Shown here piece after piece: positions 1 through 9,495 of a stretch of 25,450 nucleotides of DNA. The notes below the pieces were generated by a model. It was not told where the DNA came from, made no database searches, and worked only from the letters and a program-made list of their open reading frames with translations. This stretch comes from Azolla caroliniana (taxonomy: Eukaryota > Plantae > Polypodiophyta). Within the stretch, counting starts at the first letter, position 1. Every line of letters starts with the position of its first letter. The stretch covers positions 1 through 25,450 of the forward strand of contig JBHGNT010000440.1 of assembly GCA_043228905.1 (NCBI GenBank). Reading direction: 5' to 3'. A program made the position numbers and the translations under genes.

Positions 1-174
1 CCGGTTCAGAAGCTTCCACTCCGACTCTATTACTCCCTTGGGTATCTCGGCATTGTCGATCGGTTCGTACAGGTCTCGGACGATGAGAAGGTCTTCCATC
101 TTTATCTTCCAGTCGGCGTAGTTCTGTGAGTTCAACACCATCATGCCCGGAGGCCCACTACCGCCGCCTTCCAT
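1..174 (-). CDS. gag: Copia Gag N-terminus, truncated by the window edge
   Basis: Hand translation gives MEGGGSGPPGMMVLNSQNYADWKIKMEDLLIVRDLYEPIDNAEIPKGVIESEWKLLNR. The LNxxNYxxWxxxMxxLL motif is typical of Copia Gag N-termini. Confidence 0.85.
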   Translation of the reverse strand, partial: MEGGGSGPPGMMVLNSQNYADWKIKMEDLLIVRDLYEPIDNAEIPKGVIESEWKLLNR

Positions 175-191
175 TTTCTGTGTTACCGTCA

Positions 192-202
192 CTCTGATAC
201 CA
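192..202 (-). promoter_or_regulatory. Primer-binding site, tRNA-iMet (Copia A)
   Basis: TGGTATCAGAG on the minus strand, 3 nt after the LTR end CA. Confidence 0.9.
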
Positions 203-205
203 GTT

Positions 206-832
206 TGTTGAAAAACAGTGCTCGGCCACAACCGAGGAATAGGATCAACTCACAGAAAACGGGAAATACAAAGTGCACGAGGACAATAGAGAGAAAAGGT
301 ACACTGGATATTTTACGTGGAAAACCCTAAATGGGAAAAACCACGGGAGTCCTCAAATTCCAACTATCACTATGAACAGGGATGTACACTGGTGAAGCTG
401 CAAGGCAACAACCTTGAGCTCACTGTCTTCGCCACAGGCGGCGGTAATACATAGAGGCAACGACCTCTTCGTCTCTCTCTCTCTCTCTCTCTGGGCTGCT
501 CTCACTTCGCATAAAAATGAGCAACAACAACATAAAACTGATTGCCCTAAGTCATATTTATACACATATGACTTTCGGGCTATTTACAAATATAGCCTCA
601 AGGGCTCTTGGCAAAACATATTCACAAATATGTCCCCGCATCCGGATCTCTCTCCGGGTACATTCAGCATCCGGCTCCGTAACCGGGGTCTTCAGCATCC
701 GGCTCCGTAACCGGGGTCTTCAGCATCCGGCTCCGTAACCGGGTATTCTTCATCCTACGGTTCCGTAACAGCCTCCGGGCTTGCCGTCATTCATCTCCGG
801 ACATCCCATCCGGAGGGACCGAAATCCCAACA
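206..832 (-). repeat. 5' LTR of Copia A (about 627 bp)
   Basis: TG...CA termini and a TATA box (TATAAATA, 555-562, minus). Its reverse complement is clearly homologous to the Copia C LTR at 22213-22723 (shared TGTTGGGAwwTCGGTCyCTCCGGAT start, GGCTATATTTGTAAATAGCC, CTCCCGTGGTTTTTCCCAT). Confidence 0.88.
663..744. repeat. 28-bp tandem repeat, about 3 copies, in U3 of the Copia A LTR
   Basis: Unit TTCAGCATCCGGCTCCGTAACCGGGGTC at 663 and 691, with a partial third copy at 719. Confidence 0.95.
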
Positions 833-2524
833 ATAAAGGATAGACGGGAGTTGGGGACTCTTCTCAAAGATGATACCCAAGCAAATGGGCTCGTAGCGGA
901 CTGGATCGCGGTGAAGCGGGCATGCAATAGGCTCGACAAGCGTCGCCAATGGGTTGATGACACCGACTTGACGGGACCGACTACCACGGAGAAAGCAAGA
1001 CCGCCGAAAGTAGCTGAGCTGCTGAGACAAAGTAATGTGGAAGAAAAGAAGATTGATGACGACATCATTGAAGAGCTAGCGAAGAAGTTCGAGAAGGTCA
1101 CGCTAGCCAACATGAATCGTCGGGGCCCTAAAGGAAAAGAACCCTTTAGATGCGTGTGGTGCGATAACATGGACCACATGAGAAGGGATTGTGCAAGCCT
1201 TCGAGAGGCGATTCGACATAATATCGTATACATAGAGGACAACATGATCTGCTCAAGCGAGACTAGAAGACCCCTACGGGTGAATTTTGGAAGAGGAGGA
1301 ATGAAGAAATCTATGGAGGATGCCGATGCGACTCATGTGGATGCGATGCACTATGCTGCGTCGGCCGGAATAAGAGTCGGGAAAGACAAGACTGAAGCTG
1401 CTAGAGCGGGAGCAAAGTTTTGGACTTCCGTTCTCGAATATGAGAAGAAGGGAAAAATCACATCGAACGAGGTAGAGCTTGCTGACCGAAGCGTGCAACG
1501 CATAACCGGGTGGTCGCATCCGGTGGACGACAACACCATACTCGCAGAGGTGATGTGCGATAACCACGAGGTGTTCGTCGAAGAAAAGAGAAAGAGAATA
1601 GAAGAGCAAGGCCCATCTAAAAGACATGAAACAAGGAACGTGAAAAAGAAGGATGATGTGGAGACGAGTCGACCTTTACAATCGGAGGAACGAGAATCAA
1701 GCCAAAAAGGGGAGCCGAGCATACGAGTTGAAGAAACAGTGCGGCCCGTGAAGGTTGGTGTCGAAGACCCCGCTCGGAGGACAAGGACTATACCTACCTA
1801 TAAGCTAAGGTCGGACATAGAGCAGACGACGAACCTAAAGAAGATTCTCGAAGAACGAGTTCTTGATAGCAACGTAACTTTGTCCTTAAGGGAATTGCTT
1901 GGCATTACGAAGAAGGAGTTCCATGACACGATCGTGGACCTTGTAAAGAGAAAGAGACAACAATCGAACGAGGAAGAAGAGAAGCCGCAAAAAGCAAAAA
2001 CGAATGCCATAACGATGGCAAGAGACGAAATCGATGAAGATATGGTGGACAACCACTACACTCGACCTCATTGGGCACGAGCGACAACGGAGACGCCGGT
2101 GAAGATCGGGGAGAAGAAAGAGACCGTGGTAGCCTTGATCGACCACGGCTAGAAGATCAACCTCATGTCAACCGACTTCTACAAAAAAGGAAGATGGCCA
2201 ATCAATACAAACCACGGATGGAAGATTCGCGTGGCAACAAAGTCTACGGAGGATTTGTACGGAGCTTGTCCCAATGTCAAAGTCACGATCGGGGATGTGG
2301 AGATGGATCAACACTTCTTCGTACAAGAACCGGCGTCGCATCCTGTCATCCTAGGGCAACCTTATATCACATCATCTCGGATGGAGACCAAAGTGTTCGA
2401 TAATGGAGCAGCCTTCGCACGAATAAAGAGTCTTGACAATCAAAGATCGGTCCAATTCCTAACAGTGTGAGCCAATCATGAAAGGAATCGAGATAGTCTC
2501 GGAGGCGAATCCTCGGATTTTTAG
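833..2524 (+). pseudogene. gag: G1 ORF1, Gag-protease, 5'-truncated, with premature stops at 2150-2152 and 2468-2470
   Basis: CCHC knuckle CVWCDNMDHMRRDC, protease ALIDHG*xINL ... VILGQPY, natural end SSDF* at 2522-2524. Colinear with the 680-aa G2 ORF1. Confidence 0.9.
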
Positions 2525-2577
2525 AGCGGACTATTGAAGCATGGGGCACAAATAGTCCGAGCAATCACAAGACCCCA
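2515..2577 (+). promoter_or_regulatory. Predicted -1 ribosomal frameshift signal (G_GAU_UUU plus H-type pseudoknot), G1
   Basis: Slippery site 2515-2521 in the ORF1 frame; stem 1 2527-2535/2551-2559; stem 2 2542-2546/2573-2577. pol is in the -1 frame. Confidence 0.8.
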
Positions 2578-5500
2578 CAAGAAAGAAGAGTGCGTGGATT
2601 GTAAGGAGAAGCAACATGTGTCACACCTAGTGGCGCATGTAAACCAGTACTACCCGACAAGAAGCACAAGCGCCGTATACAAGAATTCGAGAAGATGCTG
2701 AAAGAAGAGAACATAATAGAAGAAGGAGAGTTCGTGACTCATATTATGGAAGAAGCCTCATTTAACGACACCATCGGTGAAATCGAGGACGTCGTGGACT
2801 TGAGCTCTCTCCACAACCAACGCGTGATTTCGGTTAACTCCGTCAACATGTACGCTATCATCGATGAATACCGTCGTGGCATCTCGATGAAGGAAGCTGA
2901 CATCAACACGAAATATAAAACGGTGGATAAGAAGATCAAGCCAGTTGCGGTTCCGCTACTGGAAGATAGCTGGCAAAAGATGAAGGAAGTCGCTAACGAT
3001 TCAAGCTTAAGAGATCCGAAGAAGATAGGTCATGACTTCACCAAAGAGACGAAGGGGAAGCTACGAGTTGGAAAGGAGGATTTCCTTCTCTCTGAAGAGG
3101 AGCGAATGTTTCGCGATATGCTTGAGAGACATGGGAAGGCTTTCGCATTCTTCCCACGAGAAATCGGATGCGCCGACCCAAAGGTTATAGAGCCGATGGT
3201 GATCTTCACGGTGCCTCATGTGCCTTGGAATTTGAAACCGATACCGGTTCCGAGAGCACACCTTCCGAAGCTGATCGAGCTCTTAAAGGAGAAGGTGAGT
3301 ATGGGAATTCTAGAACCGTCGAATGCTCCTTATTCCAATAGGTGGTTCACGGTGCCGAAGAAGAATGGATCATTGCGATTCATCCAAGATCTTCAACCCA
3401 TCAACAAGGTGACAATTCGAAATGCTGGAATCGGTCCGAGCATGGACGAATTTGCCGAAGCGTTTGCGGGCCGGTCCATCTACTCCATTGGCGATCTCTA
3501 CTCCGGATATGACCAATTCCAATTGGCGATCGACAGTCGAGACATTACAACCATGAGAACTCCGATCGGGCTTCTGCGGATGTGTACCTTACGCCAAGGC
3601 ACAACGAACTCGGTGACTCATATGGTGAATGCCATGAATAAAGTCTTGAAGGATTGCATTCCGGACATCACGATGCCATTCTTGGATGATATTCCGATAA
3701 AAGGATGTTCGGATGAGGAGAAAGATGAATCGAAAGATAAGGAAGGTTGTAGAAAGTTCGTTGCGGATCATATGAAAGATTGCGAGAAGGTGCTTCAAAG
3801 GCTCGAAGATGCGAATTTGACATTTTCGGGAGAAAAATCCGCATTCGGGCAACCGGAGATCTTGGTGGTAGGTCACTTGTGTGGAGCATACGGCCGGAAG
3901 CCCTCGCCATCCAAAGTGAACGCAATCCAAGACATGAAAGAAGAATGCGAAAACCAAACGGAGGTTCGAAGGTTCCTTGGAGCGTGCGCATTTTATCATA
4001 TATGGATTCCTCACTACGCTCATGTCGCCGAACCGTTATATGGACTACTAAAGAAAAGAATAAAGTTCGAATGGCGAGACGAGCACACAGAGGCGATGCG
4101 AAGATTAAAGAAACTGCTTCTTGAAGCTCCGGCACTAAGGAAGGCCGACTATGCCGAAGGGAAACCAATTTACGTGACTGTAGATACGAGTCCAACCGGA
4201 ATCGGGTGGGTCATCAACCAAGAAGGTGAAGATAATGCGCGATATGCCGTCCGGTTCGGAGCAAAGGTTCTCAGCGAACGACAACAAAGATATGCCCAAG
4301 TCAAGCGGGAACTTTGGGGTATTGTGTCAGCAGTGAAGACGGACAAAGATTACCTGATCGGGTCAGAAGTGATAATAGAGACAGATTGTCTCCCAATTCT
4401 CGGAATGGTCTCAAGATGTGCGACCCCAGATCTTGGTATGCTAAGGTGGATCGCCTACATCAAGTCTTTAAACCTAGAGATCCGTCACATTGCAGGGAAG
4501 AAGAACGCCATGGCTGACATGCTGTCGAGGGCAAGATTTTCAAATGGAAGTAACATGGTTTCGGAAGATGAAGATGTCGCGCTCGACTTCTTCAAGATGG
4601 CTCGATTGTCAGCGGAAGACCAGCACACGCAAACCCTCCACACCTTCAACGAGAATGAGTACGAAGGAGAGTGGTTACTCATCGGTAGATTCCTAAGAAC
4701 ATTGACGGCAGATGCTTCGTTTACAAAGGAGGAGGCCCTACGAATCCGAAGGAAAGCTTACCGATACTTCTTGAAGGGAGGATTCCTTTGGCGACATCCA
4801 AAAAGAAGGATAGGAATACCACGTCGAGTGGTGGTAAAGAAAGAAGAGCAAGAGACGCTGATGACCGAATTCCACGAGAGTGCTTGGGCAGGTCATAGAG
4901 GAACATGGGCGACGTTTGAAAAATTGAAGGAGAAGTACTGGTGGCCAAGCATGTACAAAGATGTACTCCATTTCCTGTCCACATGTGAAACTTGCCAAAT
5001 ATATTCAAATATACGTCATCATGATGAGTTAAAGCCGACATACCCACTCACCATTCACTTCAAATGGATGGTGGATCTGGTCTCGATGCCAATGGGAGTG
5101 GGACAAATGAAGTACTTAGCGCTGGCAAGGGAAGACTTGACAAATCAGGTGGAAGGACGAGCCTTGACAAATAAGACGACTTCAGCCATTTGTAAATTTT
5201 TACTTGAAGATGTTGTTTGCCGATATGGATGTGTAGGGAAGATAGTGGCCGACCGAGGGGAGTTGGACGCGCACGAAGCGACGGAGCTCTTCGAAAGACT
5301 AGGCGTGAAGCTCTCCCTCACGACTGCCTACAATCCGGAAGCAAATGGGAAGATCGAGCGAGGGCATGGACCTATCGTTAAAGCCATCGTACGGGCATGC
5401 AACGGTCGAGTCGGGAATTGGCCACGACTATTACCCTATGCCTTGTGGGCCGATAGAATGACACATAGCTCGGTGACAGGGTATATACCGACGAAGCTTA

Positions 5501-6009
5501 TGTATGGACAAAAGCCGATTATGCCCATCGAAAGGACGATCGCCTCATGGGTAGCGATACCGTGGGAGAACGAGATGAGTCGAGAAGAGTTATTAACGGC
5601 GCGGATAAGGCAACTTGAAAGAAGACCTGAAGATTTAGAAAAAGCGCGAAAGATGATGAAGGCAGCCCGAGTAAAGAACAAAGTTCGGTTTGACAACACG
5701 CATCGACTTCGTCCCAAGAAGATTGAAGAAGGGGATTGGGTTTTGGTTTACGACAACACCCTTGACAATCAACACAGTACAACAAGGAAGTTCGCAAGAA
5801 GATGGTTCGGGCCGTATGTGGTGACAAGTGCCAACGATAATGCCACATAACACCTTGCGGAACTAGACGGATCAAGGTTGGTCGTACCCATTGCGGGAAA
5901 AAGAGTAAAGATTTTCAAGAAAAGACAAGACAAGGATCCTGACCTCGATTACCTCGACGATGAACATAATAGGCCGGATGAAAATGAAGACATGGAGGAA
6001 TCTAATTGA
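2521..6009 (+). pseudogene. pol: G1 ORF2, pol (reverse transcriptase, RNase H, integrase), with two in-frame stops (about 2602 and 5848)
   Basis: Contains the 1051-aa ORF 2695-5850: RT (PKKNGSLRFIQDL...FLDD), RNase H (VTVDTSPTGIGW), integrase HHCC (H-x6-H...CETC), D-D-E core and GPY motif. It continues past the 5848 TAA to an acidic tail ending at 6009. No chromodomain. Confidence 0.92.
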
Positions 6010-6069
6010 TCATCGTAGCCGAAATCTCACTTCTTCTCTTCTTGGCACGTACCGGAGGACGTGCGGTTT

Positions 6070-6081
6070 GGTGGGGGTGGA
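6070..6081 (+). promoter_or_regulatory. Polypurine tract of G1
   Basis: GGTGGGGGTGGA immediately before the LTR start TGTCGTG. Confidence 0.8.
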
Positions 6082-6449
6082 TGTCGTGAAGATTTTCGGC
6101 AATAGTGTGAAAATCTCATAAAACGTACGAAATCGAGTATGAATCACATAGTACAATAATTGTGAAGATAACATTTTAAATAGATTTAATATCTAAGTAC
6201 AAAATGATGGAGGTTTCGAATGCACTTTATTACACGAGAAACGGACAAATAAATGTCAAGATATGAGGGTATAAAGTTTGTAAAAGGAAAGGAGAAAATT
6301 GTGAGATATCCCACATAGGCACGACAAATACAGCTCTCATCATATATAAGGTGGAGCAAAAGATATTATCTTTGTGTCTATGTGTGGAGCATAGAGAGTT
6401 CAAGGTAACTTGAACTAAGAGTGGAGGTGGGCTAGCTACTCATAAAGGG

Positions 6450-6625
6450 TTTTGGCTAACCAAAACCGGACCGACGTTTTGGCTAACCAAAACCGGACCG
6501 ACGATGGAGCCGGCAATCCGGCGATGGAGCCGGTGATCCGGCAGCAATCCGGCGACGGCATCCGGCGAGACACCGGTAACCGACGGCATCCGGCGGCGGC
6601 ACCGGTAACCGACGGCATCCGGCGA
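6450..6625. repeat. GC-rich tandem and degenerate repeats in the G1 LTR
   Basis: TTTTGGCTAACCAAAACCGGACCGACG x2 and ACCGGTAACCGACGGCATCCGGCG x2; 12 CCGG sites counted. Confidence 0.9.
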
Positions 6626-6682
6626 ACCATCGACTAGATAAATAAATATATAAATATATATACATATTTACATATACAAGGA

Positions 6683-6756
6683 GGGCAAGTAAGGATTCAA
6701 ACCTTGCACCTCCAAGTTAGGAGTTAATTATATTTCTATCATTGTTCTTTTACATG
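6683..6756 (-). other. Degenerate tRNA-like (A-box/B-box) sequence in the G1 LTR, antisense to the element
   Basis: Minus strand TGGAGGTGCAAGGTTTGAATCCTT resembles a B-box/T-arm and is homologous to the G2 LTR motif. The A-box is degenerate (AAGAACAATGATA). Confidence 0.5.
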
Positions 6757-7179
6757 TAAATTCTCATACATGAGAGCTAAAAATGAGTGACATGGTTATC
6801 ATGCACCACATGTAATACATATGCGCCGAATGGCAAACATGCAATTTATGCATGTCTTGTACCCTCACATGCATCATATGCATGAGAGCATCTATAAAAG
6901 AGGGAAGGGGGAGGAGAAAAGACACGGTTTTTTTTATGAAAATTAAGAGGAAGAAATTCGTTATCAAATTGATCGTGTAACTTGTTTCTTAAATCTAAAG
7001 TTAAAACTTCAATCAATCTCTCTCAATCGTGTGATCTCAACTTCTCTCTTTCCCAATCTATCTTAAGTACTTTCTCGCTAAAGCTTACGCCAAAGCTTGT
7101 ACCGACTTTGAATCCTTCCGGTCTAGAACCCCGACGGTTCCGCCTCACGATCCGCGCGTTGTGACGGATCTTCACGAGA

Positions 7180-8954
7180 ACGTGCAACTTGAGAAGTGCA
7201 CTGATTGCTTGGCCGGAAAGAAAAACCGAACCTCCTTCCGGTCAAGAGCACTGATGAGACGGAATGCACCACAGGAGTTGATGCATACCGATGTGTGTCA
7301 AGTGGACACGAAGTCATATGCCGGATCGCAGTACTTCATGACGTTCATAGATTACCACAACCAGAAGCTGTGGGTCTCACCATTGAAGACGAAGGACTAG
7401 GTACTATCCGTCTTCAAGGAGCTCCACACGAGAGTGGAAAGAGAAACCGGCCGGAAGCTGAAGGCGGTTCAAGTAGATAACGGAGGAGAATATCGGGGGT
7501 AGTTTGAGGAGTACTGCCGGTCGAAGGGAATCCGGCTCGAGTTTACTGTGTCGAAGATGCCGGAACTAAACGGGTTGGCTGAAAGGATGAACCAAACCAT
7601 AATGGAGAGTCTCCGGAGCATGTTAGCACATGCAAAGTTACCCAAGACGTTTTGGGCTGAGGCGCTGACGACGGCGACCTATGTGATAAATAGATCACCC
7701 TCAGCACCCTTGGAAGGAGACTCACCTCAAAAAGTATGGACCGGTAAAGATGTATCTTACCGGTATCTGAAGGTGTTCGGGTGTCTCGCATATGTGCATG
7801 TTGCAAAGGAGAAGAGAGCAAAGCTAGATCCAAAGTTCAGGCCATGCATATTCCTTGGATACGGCGATAATGAGTTCGGTTACCGCGTGTGGGATCTGGT
7901 CGACAAGAAGGTGTTCAGTCAGGACATAGTCTTCATGGAAGACTTGACCATTGCCGACTGGGAGTCGGAGAAGAAGGTGATGAACTCCAGGTCATTTAAT
8001 GAAAATCGGCTTGAGGACACAAGGATTTACCCGGTTGAAAACCACATGCTAGCCGGTAACCGGATGACACTCGACGAACCGGCCAGATATGGACAGGAAA
8101 CCGAACCAATCAAAGAAGAAGAAGAAGAAGAAGAAGAAGAAGAAGAAGAAGACATCGGAACCGGAACCAGACAAGATCCTGAATCAGATGATCATGAGGA
8201 ACAAACGGAGGAACTGGCAACCAGAAACCAAGGACGGAGATATCCTCTCCGAGAGAGAAGAGCCCCCCGGAGATTTCCAGATGCAGAGCATGTGTTGCTG
8301 ACCAATGAGGGGGAGCCGGAAAGCTTCGAAGAAGCAAAGAGAGACACCCACAACCGCAAGTGGTTGAGTGCCATGCAGGATGAAATGGATTCCCTTCATG
8401 AGAACCACACATATGAACTGACGGAGTTGCCGAAAGGGAAGAGAGCACTACAGAACAAGTGGGTGCACAAGTTGAAACCAGGAGATGCTGGAAATCCATC
8501 CAGGTATAAGGCCTAAATCGTGGTGAAGGGCTTCCAGCAGAAGAAAGGAGGGGATTTCGATGAGATGTTTGCCCTGGTAGTAAAGATGACATCCATCTGA
8601 ACGGTATTGGGCATAGCGACAAGCATGGACCTCGAGGTAGAGCAACTGGACGTCAAGATGACATTCCTACATGGCGACCTCGAAGAAGAGATCTACATGC
8701 ATCAACTGGAAGGATTTGAGAAGAAAGGGAAGGAGCACCTGTTGTGCCGGCTGAAGAAGAGACTATACAGACTAAAGCAAGCTCCCCGGTAATGGTACCG
8801 GAAGTTCGACTCCTTCATGAACAACCAAGGGTACCACAAGACGCAGACCAATCATTGCGTGTTTGTGAAGAAATTTGATGGAGGAGATTTCCTGATACTC
8901 CTCCTATATGTGGATGATATGTTGATCATCGGACGAGACCAGATTCTGAAGAAG
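7180..8954 (+). pseudogene. pol: Copia C pol, part 1 (end of zinc finger, integrase core, RT N-terminal half)
   Basis: CTDCLAGK, ELMHTDVC, PELNGLAERMN, EPESFEEA, QLDVKMTFLHGDL, LLYVDDM; several TAG/TAA stops. Confidence 0.92.
8115..8150 (+). repeat. (GAA)12 microsatellite encoding poly-Glu in the IN-RT linker
   Basis: Directly visible; in frame with ORF 7548-8516. Confidence 0.95.
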
Positions 8955-9411
8955 TGTTGAGAGACAAGCTCAACATCAGCCAGATCGGCTGAAGAAGCCG
9001 AGGACCGGATCGGTTGGGACCGATCGGTTAGGCCGAATGCGTAAACCGGTACGCAGATCGGTGCGTAGGTAGGGCCGGATCGGTGTGTAATCCGGGAGGC
9101 CATTAGGAAAGATATTTCATGAGGAATATATTTGGGAGTTAGTGTAGGAGCTCTTAATGAGCATTGAAGTACTGTCAGTACTTCTGTCAGTCCTTCTAGG
9201 ACTTGTATAAAAGTGTTCATTGAACACACATATGTATAGTGTGGTGAATAGAGATTGAATACTGTTGTTAAATATAGTTCTTGTGTTTTCTCTCTCTCTC
9301 ACTGTCTCTGTCTCTCCCGCGTATACTGCGTAAGCTCAAGCTCTCCATTAAACCTGAGTTTCCTTCCTTCTGTTCGCTCTTCATACTTGCTTCCGCACGC
9401 TACTTTCTACA
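8955..9411 (+). repeat. 5' LTR of Copia D (457 bp)
   Basis: TGTTGAGAG...TTTCTACA; matches 13702-14060 plus 21187-21279. Confidence 0.97.
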
Positions 9412-9423
9412 TGGTATCAGAGC
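9412..9423 (+). promoter_or_regulatory. Primer-binding site, tRNA-iMet (Copia D)
   Basis: TGGTATCAGAGC directly abutting the LTR end. Confidence 0.95.
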
Positions 9424-9495
9424 GCGAGGGTTGAGAACCTCCCTGCAGCCGACAAAACTTGACGAAGAAGAACAAGAAGAACGATGGATAGAGGC

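Larger units (their letters stand above)
1..832 (-). mobile_element. Copia LTR retrotransposon A, 5' end (LTR + PBS + gag start); the rest lies left of the window; inserted in the gag of G1
   Basis: The minus strand reads LTR (TGTTGGGA...TCAACA), then PBS TGGTATCAGAG, then a Copia gag. G1 gag codons resume at 833 (candidate TSD ATAAA, 833-837). Confidence 0.9.
833..7179 (+). mobile_element. Gypsy LTR retrotransposon G1 (non-chromovirus, probably Phygy/Selgy-like); its 5' part lies outside the window; inserted into Copia C
   Basis: Gag-PR, then RT-RH-IN order, PPT and 3' LTR. It is homologous throughout to G2. Copia C coding sequence resumes at 7180. The clade name is an inference. Confidence 0.9.
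6082..7179 (+). repeat. 3' LTR of G1 (about 1098 bp)
   Basis: Starts TGTCGTGAAGAT and ends ATCTTCACGAGA (12-bp terminal inverted repeat, 1 mismatch). TATA CTATAAAAG at about 6892-6900. The 3' end resembles the G2 LTR end. Confidence 0.85.

Noticed and set aside
472-492. (CT)n tract as an independent feature
   Set aside because: It is an ordinary microsatellite within the Copia A LTR; similar tracts occur in the D LTRs.
663-744. 28-bp repeats as a CRISPR array
   Set aside because: They are head-to-tail with no spacers, there are no cas genes, and they lie inside a eukaryotic LTR.
2150-2152. TAG after DHG as a programmed read-through stop
   Set aside because: G2 has Ser at this position in an intact ORF, so it is a point mutation.
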